In this document: positions 14,146 through 26,936 of the stretch, one piece after another
How positions within the stretch are numbered: position 1 is the stretch's first letter
Layout: every line of letters starts with the position of its first letter
Assembly (NCBI GenBank): GCA_026770705.1
Contig: JANJGN010000301.1
Coordinates: 248,001-312,000 of the forward strand
DNA length: 64,000 nt
DNA from: Isurus oxyrinchus
Lineage: Eukaryota
Direction: 5' to 3'
Notes under the pieces: model-generated
What the model saw: only the letters and a program-made list of their open reading frames with translations
Databases searched by the model: none
What the model was told of the DNA's origin: nothing
Program-made: the position numbers and the translations under genes

Positions 14146-14214
14146 AGTATTTCACATGATGTGTCTCGCTGTGATATACTGGGTGGCACAGCAGTTACTA
14201 AGAATACAAAAACC
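14146..14214 (+). other. DH2 segment ATATACTGGGTGG (14174-14186) with 12/12 RSS
   Basis: AGTATTTCA (weak nonamer)-12-CGCTGTG [D] CACAGCA-12-ACAAAAACC. Confidence 0.9.
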
Positions 14215-14543
14215 CCTCAGCACTAATTGAGTCTGCCGGGTTCAGTGCTCGCTTTTACAATCCTGCTATATTTACAATGAAGTATTATTTCTACCCAGCA
14301 CTGCCCAAAAAACATGGTTTAAGATGGAAAAGCTGTGATAATTATGCATTCATCAGTTGGTGAATTCAATAAAATGTTTATGTGTTATTCTGTGAATTAT
14401 AAAACATGATGATCATTGTTAAATAGCTAAAGATATCCACATACGCAAATATAATTTCGTGAAGATTCATCGTGATATTACTTTGCCCCTGACTTATGAA
14501 TATTTAAAATAATGATGGATTTCTGTCTTTTTCGTGCAGGGAC

Positions 14544-14582
14544 AGTTATTGTATGGCACAGCCCAGGGAATGTAACACTGTG
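14544..14582 (+). other. JH 23-RSS
   Basis: AGTTATTGT-23-CACTGTG. Confidence 0.93.
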
Positions 14583-14630
14583 ACGCTATGGGCTACTGGG
14601 GGAAAGGGACCATGATGACAGTGACTGCCG
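14583..14630 (+). CDS. IGHJ: JH segment (AMGYWGKGTMMTVTA)
   Basis: WGxG motif and phase-1 donor G|GTAAG at 14631. Confidence 0.96.
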
Positions 14631-17600
14631 GTAAGAACCACACATTTATTTAGTAACTTTTATTTGATCTTTGCTTTACATTTTTGTCTATTTTAACAAT
14701 TCATTCAGCCAATGAGACCTGGGTTTGGTGGATTCTGTATGCAGAATTTTTACAATGTTTCATGTGATTCTGTGAAATTGAGTTATATAATTCCGCTGTG
14801 TCTTGATAACAAGTGCTGCTGATGGATTGAGACTTTGGTCGTTGTGATTTGGTGTTTACCTGCTGAGGATACTGTGTGGCCGGGCTACTTGAAATATCTA
14901 ACGTTTGTGAAAACAGTTTGACGTTTCTGCATTGTTTAATCTCGGTGACATCTAATGGCTGCGGGTTTTACCATCTGTTGCACAAGGGTTTAAATAGATT
15001 TGAAATCAAACCCAATTTTAGCAAATATGCTTAAGTTTTAATATTAATTTATTGAATATGTTCCGCCTACTCAGAATGCTGTTGACATTATTTCATATTT
15101 CTGTTTAGTTTAATTATTCATTCATTTGGTGACGAGCGGTTGTCTGGATTCGATATTGAGATTTTCTTGCAATGTTACAATGAATTCTGTTGGAAGTGTT
15201 TGTAGAATTGAGCTGCTTCTCCATGAAACGGGTTTCAGCCCCTCAGTGATGTGATTTTGGTGTATTTTCTGCTGAGGAGATTGTGTGTCTGGGTGACTTT
15301 GAACAAGTAGAATTTATGAAACGGTTTGGCGGTTCTGCATTGTTTCTGCTTTGTTTAAACTTGGTGACATTGAGCGGTTACACGTTTTGCGATTGAATTG
15401 AAGCAGCCTACGCGTTTGTATCTGCTTGAAGCGCGATTGTATGCAGAAAACAAACAGGTTTCAGAAATGGAAAAAAAGCGTTTAAAATGTGTTAGGACAT
15501 TTTGTCTTTATTTTAAGTGATAATTGCAGATTAAACTAAACCATGGATTATGACGCTCATTCAGAACATAATTCGTTACTGCATCAGAAACTATATAATT
15601 ACCAAGTTTTCAAATTGTAGAGTAAAATTAATACAATTCAAACAATTATAATGTGGTAATATTTCTCCATATTGACGGAACAGCTTTCATATTAACCTAA
15701 TTGATCATTAATCGCCTTTCACAACTCTGCTGTGCTCTGCGCGCAACTAACATGATCGGGAAAGTTTTTAGGCTGGAAACATTTTGTGATTATGGTTGAA
15801 AACATTTCAGTAAGAATATATTGACTACAAAATTGTTCGTTTCAAAAGAGATTTTGAATTACTTTTTTATATCCCTGATAACATTTGCATTGACTTAAAG
15901 AAGAGTTTGACATTGCTGTTTGGCAATATGTCTATCCGGTTATTACATTCTTTCTGTGCAGCCATAACCATATTATTCCTTCAATGTCATTGGGATTTGG
16001 ATAGCGAGATAATTGTCACTAATCTAATTTTAAACAGTTTAGGGGGGGGGGGGGGGGGGGGGTTGTAATTCGCTGGCAGTAAAGGAATTGTTCTTACATT
16101 TTTTGAACTGTAGGAAGGTGCAGACTGCATTTGAATAGAGATTGACAAGTAAAAGCTTGAAATTCGGACAGGTTAATTTAATTGCAAACATTAGTATTAG
16201 TTTTGAACTTAATAACAACATCCTGCCTCCTATTGCTGTGCTGTGCACAGAATAGAATTATAGGAGAAGAACAGATTATATCTGAGATTCATGCTTAATT
16301 CTTATTAAATATTAACTTGAAGGACAAAATCTGGAATCAATTTGCCAGTTATATTTCAGTGGTGCAGATGATCTGAATGAATTGTTCTCATCAAGTTTTA
16401 TACTGATCAATTTGGATCTTCGTTCAGTGAATAATATAATTAACAATTAAATTATAGGGATTGTTATCTAGGAAGCACTTTTATTGATAATAAGTAACTG
16501 CCAGGAAGATTTGTTTACATGTAGCTTGGAGTTAAGACAAGATTAATTCAGTAAACAGATGATATTACACCTCATCGACAGTTAATGCGATGTGACCCCG
16601 GTCAGATTTGAAAGTGTTTCAAATATTCAGCTTATAAATTCGTCATGTGAATTGCTTGATGAGAATAGATGGAACTTATGATTTCTCAATCTGTTCAGAA
16701 ATGCATAGTTTAAAATTTTGTCCGTTAAAACAGAGCAGGAGAAGTAAAAATACAATAATAAATATTGATCAGATTTAAGTAAAATTGATATACTTGCCTG
16801 AATGTTACCATCTAGTAATTTGAAGTTTATTGTTTAACATTGTTTCAGTGTAAGGTTGATTTAAATAAACCTCAATTATTTCACAAAGTACCAAGGAGAA
16901 ACAAATTTTCAATCATTGAAAATTATTTTTATTATAAAGTAGAAATCAGCTAACAAGAAAATGAATTGACAATAACAAGATAATTAACTTACAATATAAT
17001 ATTAGTGATAATTAATTCAACATAAATGAACTCCAACAATTAAATAGTGTACTGGACATTATAGTGAATGCAAAATCTCAAAGGGTGGAGAGAATTTTTA
17101 ATTGTATCCAAAATGAATTCAGAAAAGAATACTTTTCTTACTCAGCTGTGCTCAGCTCGATAATGTGTTTCGCCTTGATGTTTTTATTGGTTATATTTAT
17201 ACCTAAAATCAAAAGATATCAGTGTGTAATCGGTTTTCAATGTGAATGTTTCCTGATTTGTTTAATTCTTACCCTGTCATTGAGTCTTTATTACGGACAA
17301 CTAATTATCTTGAATCTGTAGTATTTGCTGTGCTCAATTTCAGGGTAAATTAAATCGTACATTGTTTGGAGATTTGAGTCAGACGGAGAATTAAATGGAC
17401 TTCAAAGGGAGTTTTGAAATGAAAATCAGTTTAATTTGAAAGAAGTTATAGAATAATTGTAACAAGTTGACTGTTGATCAATTGGAATCAAACAGCTTGA
17501 ATGAAATGGACAGATTGAACAGATCTATCTGCTGGGAACTCGATTGTTGCACCGTTTGTGTCTGTTCTGTTTCTGTGTGCATGGTCACTGTGCTGGGACC

Positions 17601-17974
17601 AGGAATCTTCCTGGCTGGTTGTTAACCTTCTGGTTCGCTCTCCTGTATTTCAGGAAGTGCAGTTCGATTTATTTCTTCACAAAACTTGTATTTGTGAGAA
17701 ATATGAAAGTTTGATTTTTGACCAGGCGCCTCAGAAATGAGATGCCCAACCCATTGTGACAGTCAGAAAGGACAGTTCAGAAATGACAGACAGACTGTCG
17801 AAGGAGATTTGGTCGATTTTAAGCCAGTGATGTTTCTGTCTTGGGAGTGATCGGTTAGGCAATGCAGAGAGAGTTTTATCCTATGTTAATCTGTGCTGTC
17901 GCAGTCCTTGACCTATTTGATTAGACAATGCAGAGGAAGAAATTACTCTGTATCTTATTTTTAATCCTATCATA

Positions 17975-18560
17975 GGATGTTGGGGTCGCTGGCAAGGCCA
18001 GCATTTGTTGCTCATCCTAATTGCCCATCCTTAGAAGTGTTGAACTGCCGCCTCCTTGAATAGCTGCATGTTCACTCACAGTGCTGTTAGGTCGGGAGTT
18101 CCAGGATTTTGACCCACTGACAGTGAAGGAACGGCGATATAGTTCCAAGTCAGGATGTTCAGTGTCTTGGAGGGGAACATACAGGTGGCAGTGTTTCAAG
18201 CACCTGCTGCCCTTGTCCTTCTAGTTAGGAGAGGTTGCGGGTTTTGAAGGAGTCTTGGCAAGTTGCTGCAGTGCATCTTGTATATGGCACACACTGCTGT
18301 CACTGTGCATTGGTGGGGGAAGGAGGGAATGTTTAAGGTAGTGGATGAGGTACCAATTCTGTGGGCTGCTTTGTCCTGGATAGTATGGAGTTTCTTGGGG
18401 TTTTTTGAAGTTTCACACATTGAAGCAAACGGAAACTATTCAATCCCAGTCCTGACTTGAGCCTTGTAGATGGCCAGTTTTCTTTGGGCGATAAGAGTTG
18501 AATTACTCACCACAGAATTCCCAGCCTCTGACCGGCTCCTGCAGCACAGCACTTATATCA
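17975..18560 (-). mobile_element. LINE 3' end with SINE-type tail, antisense
   Basis: KKLHTIQDKAAHRIGT..TVTAVCAIYKMHCSNLPRLL; homologous to 5700-5950. Confidence 0.65.
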
Positions 18561-19294
18561 AAACCGGATTGAACCCTCTCCTGGGCATATTTGATGGAAC
18601 AATGTAGAGAGAGTTTTATTTTATGTCAAACTAGTGCTGTACCTGACCCGGAGTGTTTGACAGTTTAGTGGAGAGTTGGCTTTCTGTTGAATCCCACCCT
18701 TGCAGCTGATGACAGGAGTGACTGGGGGAGGAGTGGGGAATTTAATTCATATCTTAACGTGTCCTGTTCTTGACCTGGGAGTCTTCTCCCTGCCGAGGTC
18801 AAACAAACTGAATCAGCACTGAACTAACTGGCAGTGGGTTTTCGAGCAAGATCTGTGAAAATAAATTGTTCCATTGCTCGGTTGAAATGACACACGTTAA
18901 CTGTTTTTAACAATATTTCTGCAGAGAACATGTAGAAAATTTTAATGAATTAATTATGTTTAAGCATTTTGAGTATCAGAAAATCATTGAATGTGAGTGA
19001 CCTGAACTTGAGCACAACTTCAGAACAAACAGAATCAGGGAGTGACAGTGAGGCTCCAGAGAGCAGTGCCTGTTCTGATCTGATCAGAGTTATTTAAACG
19101 ATTGAAATGGACAAATACCAGACTCCCGCTACAAATAACCAGCTGCGGGGGATTTGGGAAAAGGAGCCACCATCAAAAACTGAGCCACTGGATTGCCACC
19201 TGCCGGGAGAGGAATGAATTACAGAAATGAGAGCATGAGGAGGACATTCAACCCTTCGATCCTGCCCCCCATTCAGCAAGATCGTGGCTGATCT

Positions 19295-20034
19295 ACCTCA
19301 ACACACTCAGTCTCTTTACCACACACCCTCATTCGCTCACTCTCTCTGTCACACACGCTCTCTCTCACACAGTGCACATACATTCTCTCATGCACTCTCT
19401 CTGACAGACACACACTCTTTCTCTCTCTGTCACACACACACTCACATTCACTCTCTCCCACACAAACTCCCTTTAACACGTGCACACTATCTCCTACACA
19501 CATACATGCACTCTTTCTTTCTCACACCTGCACTCTCACACATGCATTCTCTCTCTCTCTCTCACACAAACACATGCACACACTCTCTCTCTTTTACACA
19601 CACCCACTCTATATCTCACATACATGCACCCTCTCTGCCACACGCACATAAATACTTTCAATTCTCCCCCTCTGTCACACACAGACACATAACACTGTCT
19701 CTCACACACACACACACACATCCTCATTCTCTCTCTCTGACGCACACAGAAACACATTCACATTCCCTCACACACACACACACACACACTGTTCCTCTCA
19801 CACACGCACTCGCTCTCATTCTTTCACTCTCTCACGCACACACACTCTCTCTCTGACACACACACTGGTTTTCTCTTTCACACACTCTTTCTCTCTCTCA
19901 CACAAACTCTCTCTCACGTACTTATACTACATATACTACATATCACTCACACCCCCACACACACTCTCACACATACACAAACACATTCACTTTCTCTCTC
20001 ACACACACGTGCTCTCTCTCAAACACTCTCACGC
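19295..20034. repeat. (CA)n/(CT)n compound microsatellite
   Basis: Low-complexity CA/CT runs ending at the N gap. Confidence 0.9.
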
Positions 20035-20211
20035 NNNNNNNNNNNNNNNNNNNNNNNNNNNNNNNNNNNNNNNNNNNNNNNNNNNNNNNNNNNNNNNNNN
20101 NNNNNNNNNNNNNNNNNNNNNNNNNNNNNNNNNNNNNNNNNNNNNNNNNNNNNNNNNNNNNNNNNNNNNNNNNNNNNNNNNNNNNNNNNNNNNNNNNNNN
20201 NNNNNNNNNNN
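20035..20211. other. Assembly gap (177 N)
   Basis: Run of N. Confidence 1.
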
Positions 20212-20613
20212 GGCTGAAAATGTTAATTTCAGAAAGAAGATCCTTTAAGCTGCAGGCATGTTCATTGTTCCATTTCTGATGCCTTTTTGGGTAAAATGAA
20301 ATTACACAGGTGACATCACTATATATGTGGAGAATTTCCAAGTGTTGAACCAAACACAAAGAAACAAGAAAAGTGGAGGGATGTGACTGAGACCACGGCC
20401 GCCTGGATCCCCAATACTGGTGCACACTTGGTGCAAGATGCCTGCACGGCCCTTCCTGGTTTTGCTGTACCCTTCCCCTCCAGCCCCCTCAGTCTGCCTA
20501 TTCGCGCACTGACACGGGTTTCTTAAAGAAAGGCATCGGCATTAAAGCAGCTGGCCAGTGATCTACACTGCTGCCTGACTTTACACAGCTGGTGTTACTG
20601 AAAGCTGGTCAAT

Positions 20614-20781
20614 ACGGAGAATCAGGACAGGATCGATGTAGAGGAAGAGGAGGAGGTGGAGGTGGTGGAGCCGAATGGAGGAGCCCCCAGCTCAGCTGTG
20701 GACAACAGGCAACGGAAAGCTGAGCCAGAGCAGAAAATCATCTGGAGAAACATCGCCTTGATGAGCCTACAGCACCTGGGC
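20614..20781 (+). pseudogene. SCD5: Stearoyl-CoA desaturase (SCD5-like) N-terminal fragment
   Basis: QKIIWRNIALMSLQHLG closely resembles the SCD5 motif QNIVWRNVVLMSLLHLG. The putative start is ACG in frame, and the match ends abruptly in TCAC repeats. Confidence 0.7.
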
Positions 20782-21435
20782 ACCCTCACTACCCACAATC
20801 ACTCACCTCACCTCACTCACTCACTCACCCTCACACACTCACTCACACTCACTCAATCACCCTCACTCACCCACCCTCACTCACTCACTCTCACTCACAC
20901 TCATCACTCACTCCCCTCACTCACACTCACTCAATCACCCTCACTCACCCACACTCATTCACTCACCGTCACTCAATCTCACTCCTTCACCCACCCTCAC
21001 TCACCCTCACCCACTCACCCAGCTTCACACACCCTCATTCACTCACCATCAATTACTTTTACCTTCACTCACTCACCCTCACTCACTCATCCTCACTCAC
21101 CCTCCCGTCCTCACTCACCTACCTTCACTGACACTCAATATCTCATCCACCCGCCCTCACACACCCACTCACCCTCACTCACATACCCACCCTCACATAC
21201 CCACCAACCCTCACTCAGCCACTCAGCTACTCTCATTCAATCACCCACCCTCACTCACTCACTCATCCACTCTCACTCACCGACATTCAGACACCGACCC
21301 ACGCCCACTCAGCACCACCCTCACTCACACCTTCACTCACCCACGCACCCTCACTCACTCAGACACCCACCCTTGCTCTGTCACTCAGCCACCCTCACTT
21401 TGTCAATCATGCACGCGCTCACTCACTCAATCACT
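20782..21435. repeat. (TCAC)n-like C-rich microsatellite
   Basis: Reiterated TCAC/CTCACC. Confidence 0.9.
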
Positions 21436-21449
21436 TTTCATAAATCGGT

Positions 21450-23120
21450 GTCTGGGAGGGTGGGAACTGCGGGGAAGAGAGACCTGGACGTGAGGCCTGA
21501 GGCCTTGTAGTGCCAGAAAGTGGAGCATGGCTGAAGGGAGTGACGAGCTTCGTTGGAAAGCACAGAGAGCCTGGGGGAAAGGGCAGGGAGGTGGGGGAAA
21601 TGGCAGAGAGCCGGGGAGGGTTGTGGGTGAAGGGTAGAGAGTCGGGGAAAAGGGCAGGGATCCAGCAGAAAATGCATTGGGATGGGGCAAAGGTCAGTGA
21701 GCAGGGGGAAAGGTCAGCGAGCCAGTGAAAGGGCAGAGAGGTGGGGGGGTGAGGAAGGGCAGAGAGGCAGAGGGATGACCGGGCAGAGAAGCGGGGGATG
21801 GTACAGGCAGAGATGCGAGGGGAAATGGCAGAGTGGTGGCAGGTGGAACGGGCAGGAAAGTGGGTGGTGGAAAGGGCAGAGAGGCGGGGGAAAGGGTAGA
21901 GAGATGGGAGGGGGAAAAGGCAGAGAAGAGGGAGGGGGAAAGGGCAGAGAGGCGGGTGAGGGACAGGGCAGAGAGGCGGGAGAGGGACAGGGTAGAGAGG
22001 AGGGAGGGCAGAAAGGCGGTAGGGGGAAAGGACCAAAAGGTGAGTGGGGAAAAGGGCAGAGAGGCGGGGGGGAAGGGCAGAGAGGTGGGGGGTAAGGGCA
22101 GAGAGGCAGGTGGGGGAAAGGGCAGACAGGCAGCAGGGGGAAAGGGCATAGAGGACGCAGGGCAGAGAGGCAGAGGGGGGAAGGACAGAGAGGAGGGTGG
22201 ACAGAGAGTCGGAGGGGGAAAGGGCATAGAGGCGGGGGGTAAGAGCGGAGCGGCAGAGGGGGAAGGGCAGAGAGGTGACGGAAAGGGCAGAGAGTCGATG
22301 GAAAGGGCAGTGAGCTGGGGAAAGGGCAGAGAGGCGGGGGATAAGGGCAGAGAGGCAGGGGGTAAGGGCAGAGATGCAGTAGGGGGAAAGGGCAGAGAGG
22401 CAGGAGGGGGAAAGGGCACAGAGGCGGGAGGGGGAAAGGCCAGAGAGGGAAAGAGCAGAGAGGCAGAGGATGGAAAGGGCAGCGAGCCATGGGAATGGGC
22501 AAAGAACCAGTGGAAAAGGTCAGAGAGCTGGGCAAAAGTGCAGAGAGTAGTGGAGTGTGCACAGAGAGCTGGGGGAGAAAGGGCAGAGAGATGATGGAGA
22601 AAGGGCAGAGAGGCAGGAGGGGGAAGGGCAGAGATGAGGGAGGGGGAATGGGCAGAGAGGCGGGAGGGGAAAAGGGCAGAAAGGTGGGGGTGAAGGGCAG
22701 AGCAGTGGGTGGGGAAGGGCAGAGCGGCAGGGTGGAGAAGCAGGGGGTGGGGCGTGCAGAGAGGCAGGAGGTGGAAAGGGCAGAGAGATGGGTGGCGGAA
22801 AGGGCAGGGAGGAGGGAGAGCGGAGAGGCAGAGGGTGGAGCGGACAGAGAGGTGGAAGGCGGGAAAGGGCTGAGGGAGAAAGGTCAGTGAGCCAGGGGAC
22901 AGGTCAGTGAGCCAATGGAATGGGTCAGAAAGCTGGGCAAAAGCGAATAGAGCCGTGGAGTAAGTGCAGAGAGCTGAGGACAAAGGGCAGAGAGCTTGGG
23001 GAGAAAGGGCAGAGAGGCGGGGGAGAAAGGGCAGAGAGGTGGAGGGGAAAGAGCAGAGAGGCAGAGGGTGGGGGAAGGGCTGAGAGCCAGTCTATAGTGG
23101 GGAGAACTGGGCAAAAGCAG
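21450..23120 (+). repeat. G-rich tandem repeat (GGGGGAAAGGGCAGAGAGG units)
   Basis: Dozens of ~20-bp purine-rich units with strong G skew on the + strand. Confidence 0.92.
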
Positions 23121-23229
23121 TTGCGAGTGGACGCACCAGATAACCTGGGCTCCACTCTCTCTAACTCTCTCTCTATCTCTCCCTCATTGTCTCTCCCCCT
23201 CCTGAAATCCTTTCCATTCCCGGGGAAAG

Positions 23230-24620
23230 GCTCTCATCTGCAGGCCAGTTAGTTTAACATCTGTCCGAGCGAAAATGCTGGAATCGATTATTCAGGAATC
23301 TATCACGGGTCACTTAGAAAATTCAAATGCAATTATGCAAACCCATCATGATTTTGTGAAAGGGAAATCATGTTTGGCTGACGAGGAAGCAACAAGGAAC
23401 ATGAATAAAGGAGAACCTGTGGGTGTGCTGCCCTTGGGCTACCAGAAGGCATTCGACAAAGTGGCACATCAAAGGTTACTGCACAAAATAATGGTGTCAG
23501 CAGTAACATTTCAGCATGGGTAGAAGTTTGGTTAGCTAACAGGAAACAGAGAGCAGGGAGAAATTGGTTATTTTAGGTTGGCAAGATGTGACAAATGGAG
23601 TTCCACAGGGATCATTGCCGCAGCCTCAACTATTTACAGTTTATCTCAATGACTTGAATGAAAGGACTGAATGAATTTGCCAAATTTGCTGATGACACAA
23701 AGACAGATAGGAAAGTAAATGGTGAAGAGGGGATAAAGGGTCAGCAAAGGGATATCAAAAGGTTAAGTGAGTGGGCAAAAAATGACAGATGGAGTATAAT
23801 GTGGGAAAATATAAACTTGTCCACTTTGGCAGGAAGAATATAAAAGCAGCATATTATTGAAAGGGAGAGAGATTGCAGAATCCTGAGGTACAGAGGAATG
23901 TGGATCCCTTGGTGTATGAATCACAAAAAGTTATAATACAGGAATAGCTAGTGATGAGGAAGGCAAAGGAAGTGTTGGCATTTATTATAAGGGGAATAGA
24001 ATATAAATGGAAGGATATTTTGTTACAGTTTAACAGGGTGTCGATGAGACCTCTTCTGAATTACTGTGTACAGATTTGGTCTCATTTAAGAAAGGGTGTA
24101 AAAGCATTAGAAGTTGTTCAGAGAATGTTAATTCAAATGATACTGGGAGGTGTCGTCGGTTATCTTATGTGGAAATTTGGATAGGCTGGGCCTGTATCCA
24201 TTGGAGTTTAGAAGAATAAGAGCTGATTTTATTGAAACATGTAAGATCCTGAGGGAAATTGACAGGGTGGATGCTGAAAGGATGTTTCCCCTTGTGAGAG
24301 AGACTAACGATAGGGAACACGGTTTAAAAATAAGAGGTCTCTCATTTCAGACGGAAATGAAGGGATTTTATTTTTATCTCAAAGGGTCGTGAAACTTTGG
24401 AACTCTCTTCCCCAGAGATCGATGGAGGAGGAGTCATTAAAATTTCAAGGCAGAGGTAGAGAGATTCTTCATTAACAAGGGAGTCAAAGGTTAGCGGAGA
24501 TTAGGCGGGAACGTGGAGTTAACGTCACAATCATATCAGCTATGACAGGAGTGAATGGTGGAGGAGGCCCCAGAGGCCAAATGGCCTACTCCTGCTACTG
24601 ATCCGCATGTTCACATGCAC
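23230..24620 (+). mobile_element. CR1-clade LINE (RT to 3' UTR), degenerate
   Basis: HDFVKGKSCL, YQKAFDKVAH, KFADDTK and LGLYPLEFRR motifs across frameshifts. Confidence 0.9.
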
Positions 24621-25173
24621 ATACGATTGGAAACTGGTCGTACTTACTGTAACTGGCATTCAGTTTAGAGTTCTATGGTCATTATATAGTTACCATTACA
24701 AAGGTACTTTCGAAGGGCCGTTGATATTCTTTGTTTTGGGAGGACGTGGAGAGGGGAGGGGGCATCAGTCAATTTGAACAAAGCTAATTTCCAAAACTGC
24801 AATGATATAAATGACGAGAGAATTTCTCTCTCACTACGTGCTGTTGATTGAGAAATAAATGGTGGTGAAATAATGGGGAAGATGCTCTGCTCTTCCGTTT
24901 TAATCCAATGAAAGGTACGTCATTCAGATGACCCAAAATGTTCTCTTTTAGTAATGGGATAGAGGCGGGAAAAGAGGTGTGGGTTTCTAAAGAGGGAACC
25001 GATAAGTGACGGTCACCAAATGATGGAAATAATAAATGATCAAATGTGGATGTGGGTTTTAGTTGGAATATATTAGGATATATTTATAGTTATTGTCAAT
25101 TTTTGAGTTGTATGGTTACTTAATGATCACAAATCACAGAATCTAACTTGTTCAATCGGTCATTCTTTCCCAG

Positions 25174-25473
25174 CAACACCGTCTTCGCCCACTCTCTACA
25201 GCCTGGTCTCCTCCTGTCAGCAACACAACACCGATGGCTCCGTCACCTACGGCTGTTTGGCGATGGATTACTCCCCAGAAATCACCAGCCTGACCTGGAA
25301 GAAAGATGGGCAGCAGATTCCCACTGGATATAAGACTTACCCGTCAGTGAGAAACCAGAAGGGAACCTACACCCTGAGCAGCCAGTTAACCATCACCGAG
25401 TCAGAGGGGGAATGCAGCAAAATCAAGTGTGAGGTTCGACACAGCGGCTCAGACAAGAGCATTGAAATGCAAT
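25174..25473 (+). CDS. IGHM: IgM constant exon CH1
   Basis: TTTCCCAG| [40 protein letters not shown].. |GTAAG; 300 nt, phase 1/1. Confidence 0.96.
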
Positions 25474-25685
25474 GTAAGTGTTGGGGAACCTGTGAGAAAC
25501 AGAGGCTGGGAATGACCTGTATAGGGCCTTGGTTATAACACATTTATAGTGCTTTGCATAGATTTGCTCCCTGCAAATTCTCGGTTAGTGTCTATTAACG
25601 GAAAAGAACCTATAAAAATGTAGGAATTAATTGTATCTGTTATCAATTTATTCTGCAAGAAATGTTTAACCTGTATTTTTTGAAG

Positions 25686-26000
25686 GTCCTCCTGACATCT
25701 TCTCTCCAACTGTTCTCCTCACCGTGAGTTCCCGGGAAGAAATCACAACCAACAAATTTGCAATCGCCGTCTGTTCAATCATCGATTTCCGACCAAATCC
25801 AATCACCGTGAAGTGGCTGAAGAATGGACAACCCATGGATTCAGGAATTGTCACCTCTCCCGCCTTTGAAGTGAATGGGAACTTCTCGGCCACCAGTCGG
25901 CTGAAAGTCTCCGCTGGGGAATGGTTCACCGACGCGGTATATACCTGTCAGGTCACTCACCAAGGGGTCACCCAAAGTCGAAACGCCACCAAGTGTGAGG
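25686..26000 (+). CDS. IGHM: IgM constant exon CH2
   Basis: C1-set domain [20 protein letters not shown]; AG/GTAAG flanks; 315 nt. Confidence 0.96.
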
Positions 26001-26624
26001 GTAAGAAATACAAACCGAGGAAGCAATAGATCATTCTGCTCTCCGATGTTAATCAAATGAGGAATTTATTGGTGTTAGTAGAAAGCATGGAACAACTTCC
26101 AATTTACTATCATGTAGTCAGTATTTAATTCCGATGTAATGGCTGCATTCGGTTTGTTCACCATTCAGGATTTTATCACATCACGTCTCTGCATTGACGT
26201 CACAGAGTGAGTGAGGTGGACTTGACATCAGCTTTACCCTGAGTCAGCTGATCATGTTTGGAGAGGCAGAAGATGTCTGGAACCCTTCACTGGTAACAGC
26301 TTCGAGATAGAGTGTTGGAAAGTGCATCCACCCTATTTATAAAACAGCTTTCAGTCCTGCATTCCAGGGCCCAGGAATGATACATTTGTATTGGGACTGG
26401 GGCAACGCAGATTCATCAGAATGTTACCGGGGCTGAATGACTTAAATTATGAGAATGATTTACACAGACCAAGCTGGTTTTCCATTGTGTAAAGAAGATT
26501 TAAGACGATAGTTAGAGGTTGATATGTCCGAGGTGATTTATTCTCCTTTAGAGAATGAAGACTGAACACTGCTGTCCTCATTCTGAAGGTGAAACTTTGG
26601 TTGATATTAATTTCTGTCTCACAG

Positions 26625-26936
26625 GTGATCACCACTGCCACAACGATCCCACAATTACTCTATTGCCACCGCCAATTGAACAGGTCTTACTGGAGGCGAC
26701 CGTGACCTTAACCTGCATCGTTTCTAATGCTCCTTATGGAGTCCTCGTGTCCTGGACACAAGAGAAGAAGCCTTTGAAATCAGAGATCGCCGTCCAACCG
26801 GGAGAAGATCCCGACAGCGTGGTCAGCAACGTAAACATCTCGACACAAGCCTGGCTGAGTGGGGCTGAGTTCTACTGCGTGGTGAGCCATCAGGATCTGC
26901 CGACTCCTTTAAGGAGTTCCATCCACAAGGAACAAG
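26625..26936 (+). CDS. IGHM: IgM constant exon CH3
   Basis: [35 protein letters not shown]; CAG|/|GTGAG; 312 nt. Confidence 0.96.

Noticed and set aside
13042-14630. Germline-joined VDJ cluster or IgNAR/IgW identity
   Set aside because: All RSS are present and the segments are separate; the VH has a full FR2/CDR2 and the four C exons, tailpiece and TM are mu-type.
19284-21510. His/Thr/Ser-rich ORFs of 190 and 284 aa
   Set aside because: Translations of CA and TCAC microsatellites; only the short SCD-like part has protein similarity.
21431-23252. Long Pro/Leu-rich and Gly/Arg-rich ORFs (up to 429 aa)
   Set aside because: By-products of a stop-poor G-rich satellite, open in several frames on both strands.
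25405-25430. Extra Cys in CH1 (EGECSKIKC)
   Set aside because: I recall a similar Cys in other shark IgM CH1 domains, so I cannot claim novelty without an alignment.
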